Of a stretch of 64,000 nt of DNA, positions 62,430-64,000 are shown piece by piece; the first letter of the stretch is position 1; each line of letters begins with the position of its first letter. Source of the DNA: Rhizodiscina lignyota (taxonomy: Eukaryota). Where the stretch lies: positions 558,001 to 622,000 of the forward strand of contig ML978123.1 in assembly GCA_010015805.1 (NCBI GenBank), in the 5' to 3' direction. The notes beneath the pieces were generated by a model that searched no databases, had not been told where the DNA came from, and saw only the letters and a list, made by a program, of their open reading frames with translations. The translations under genes and the position numbers were made by a program.

Positions 62430-64000
62430 ATGACGCTCCCAAATGGTACCAATGGTGTCAGTGGCCACACTGAAGGGGCCTATTCGATGTCCAAGGAATG
62501 CCAGGAGGCCTTGAAGACACTACTGTTACTCAGTAAGGATCAAATACCGAATGAGTGCTTTCCGCTGGTCGAGAAAGTCACCTTTAGCACGGCAAATACT
62601 GGCAGTCCGTACTTCCCCTGTCCTCTTAAAGAAACCGAAGCCATATCCGCATTGAAGGCCGTCGAAGCCGGCGTGGCTGGCAGCATCGCAAACCTGATTT
62701 TTGGAGAGCAGGACCGGCAAATGATTGTCGATCTCGAACGTGCATCATGTTTCCTCTTTTCTGCGTATCTATGTACGGTGAGAGGAATGAACAAGGCCGA
62801 TCCGCGTGTTAAAGCATGCCTGAAAAGTACGGGCTGTGTAAGATAAGCAGAATGCTCTCTAACACGCAGTAGATACCGATCTTTTGCAAGCGCAGTCAAA
62901 TGTATATCGCCGACTGTCAGCGAATTTATATGAGACAAAGAATCCCGGAGAGTATTTCCACATTCATGGATCTCTTGAAGCGACGAAAACGCTCAATATG
63001 ATAGGTCTGGAGGGCTGGAGACCCGATATGACTGACTATCGCGAGTGTGTTGACCTCATCGAGAGCCACGTGAAGCAGTTTACGGCTGAAGAGCTAGAAG
63101 TAAAGAACGCAGAACTACGGCAAGCTGGTGTGACCTGCATGCAGTGGATAGAATTCCAGAAGACCACACATGTCAGTCTTCATGGTTGACGAAATTACGT
63201 TCTACCCTCATTAACTCATGCTAGGGCAAAATCCTCAAGCAAGAACCTCCATGGAGAGTGGAATCTCTTGAGACTGAATCCCCTCCGGCTCCGTTCCCAG
63301 CAACGAGGTCACCGGCGCCGAAGCCACAAATACTTTCTGGCATCAAAGTCTTAGAGCTCTGTCGAATCATAGCAGGACCATCAATAGGCCGCGGCCTTGC
63401 AGAATACGGTGCCGATGTAATGAAGGTCACATCTCCCAATTTGAGTGATGTTCCTTTTTTCCAAGTGGACGGTAATCTGGGAAAGCATACTGCCGATCTT
63501 GATTTGAAGAGTCCCAAAGATCGTGAAATATTCGAAGAGCTTCTCCTGTCTGCCGACGTGATTCTTGATGGTTATCGGCCTGGTTCTCTGGAACGTCTCG
63601 GATATGGACCAAAGCAGATCATCGAAATGACAAAGCACCGCGGTCGAGGAATCGTCTACGTTGCAGAAGATTGCTTTGGCCACGTGGGTGAATGGAGCAG
63701 CCGTCCTGGATGGCAACAAATCGCCGATTGCGTTACAGGTGTTGCTTGGATGCAGGGCATGAGCATGGGACTGACAGAGCCTGTCATCCCGCCGTTCCCA
63801 ATGAGCGATTATGGCACGGGTTGTATGGGCACCATCGCCGCATTGGCCGGATTATATAAGCGGGCAAAGTTTGGAGGCTCATACCATGCAACAACGTCGC
63901 TGTGCCAGTACGACATCTTCCTCATTCGGCTTGGATTGTATCCGGAGGCCTTGGTGAAAAAGTTGCGGGAGACTCACGACCCCGAGTTCTATAACCTCAG
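62430..64000 (+). CDS. CoA-transferase family III (CaiB/BaiF), partial (runs off window)
   Basis: FPCPLKETEAISALKAVE; intron 62827-62872; YRRLSANLYETK; intron 63172-63224; LSGIKVLELCRIIAGPSIGRGLAEYGADVMKV, GNLGKHTADLDLK, ADVILDGYRPGSLERLGYG, RPGWQQIADC, PPFPMSDYGTG. Confidence 0.93.

Noticed and set aside
1..64000. Transposons, telomeric arrays, CRISPR, rRNA/tRNA, secondary-metabolite core genes
   Set aside because: No transposase/RT motifs, tandem TTAGGG, spaced repeats, RNA gene structures, or PKS/NRPS were seen by eye.

Overview
Eukaryotic DNA from a filamentous ascomycete (Pezizomycotina). Short GT-AG introns with CTAAC/CTGAC branch points and the gene set support this; a Eurotiomycete/black-yeast-like host is only a guess. 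The first ~12 kb has no intact recognisable gene, only decayed coding-like relics including an OPT transporter remnant. From 12.3 kb onward about 17 genes can be modelled: a TRI12-family MFS pump with a His-rich tail, a Pro-rich conserved protein, EFM4, an Upc2-like Zn2Cys6 factor, a Whi5/Nrm1-like repressor, an EFM7/NNT1-like methyltransferase, a RING-variant protein, a divergent squalene synthase, Grr1, a C2H2 locus, an Ark/Prk (NAK) kinase, a bZIP/AT-hook factor, a conserved Cys/His protein, a PTH11-like membrane protein, a thioredoxin with a C-terminal extension, and a divergent Zn2Cys6 factor / family III CoA-transferase pair (the latter runs off the window). No tRNA, rRNA, CRISPR or intact transposon was seen. 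Most notable: (1) an exon missing from the ORF track encoding a mutated copy of the Crz1/CrzA zinc-finger domain, in frame with a downstream C2H2 protein but separated by a single TAA; (2) a squalene synthase with substitutions in normally conserved active-site motifs; (3) a thioredoxin with an SHP-box-like and SelK-like tail; (4) a 10-nt microexon in a Zn cluster; (5) repeated C/A-to-G/T skew-switch islands. All family calls come from motif recognition by eye, not database searches.
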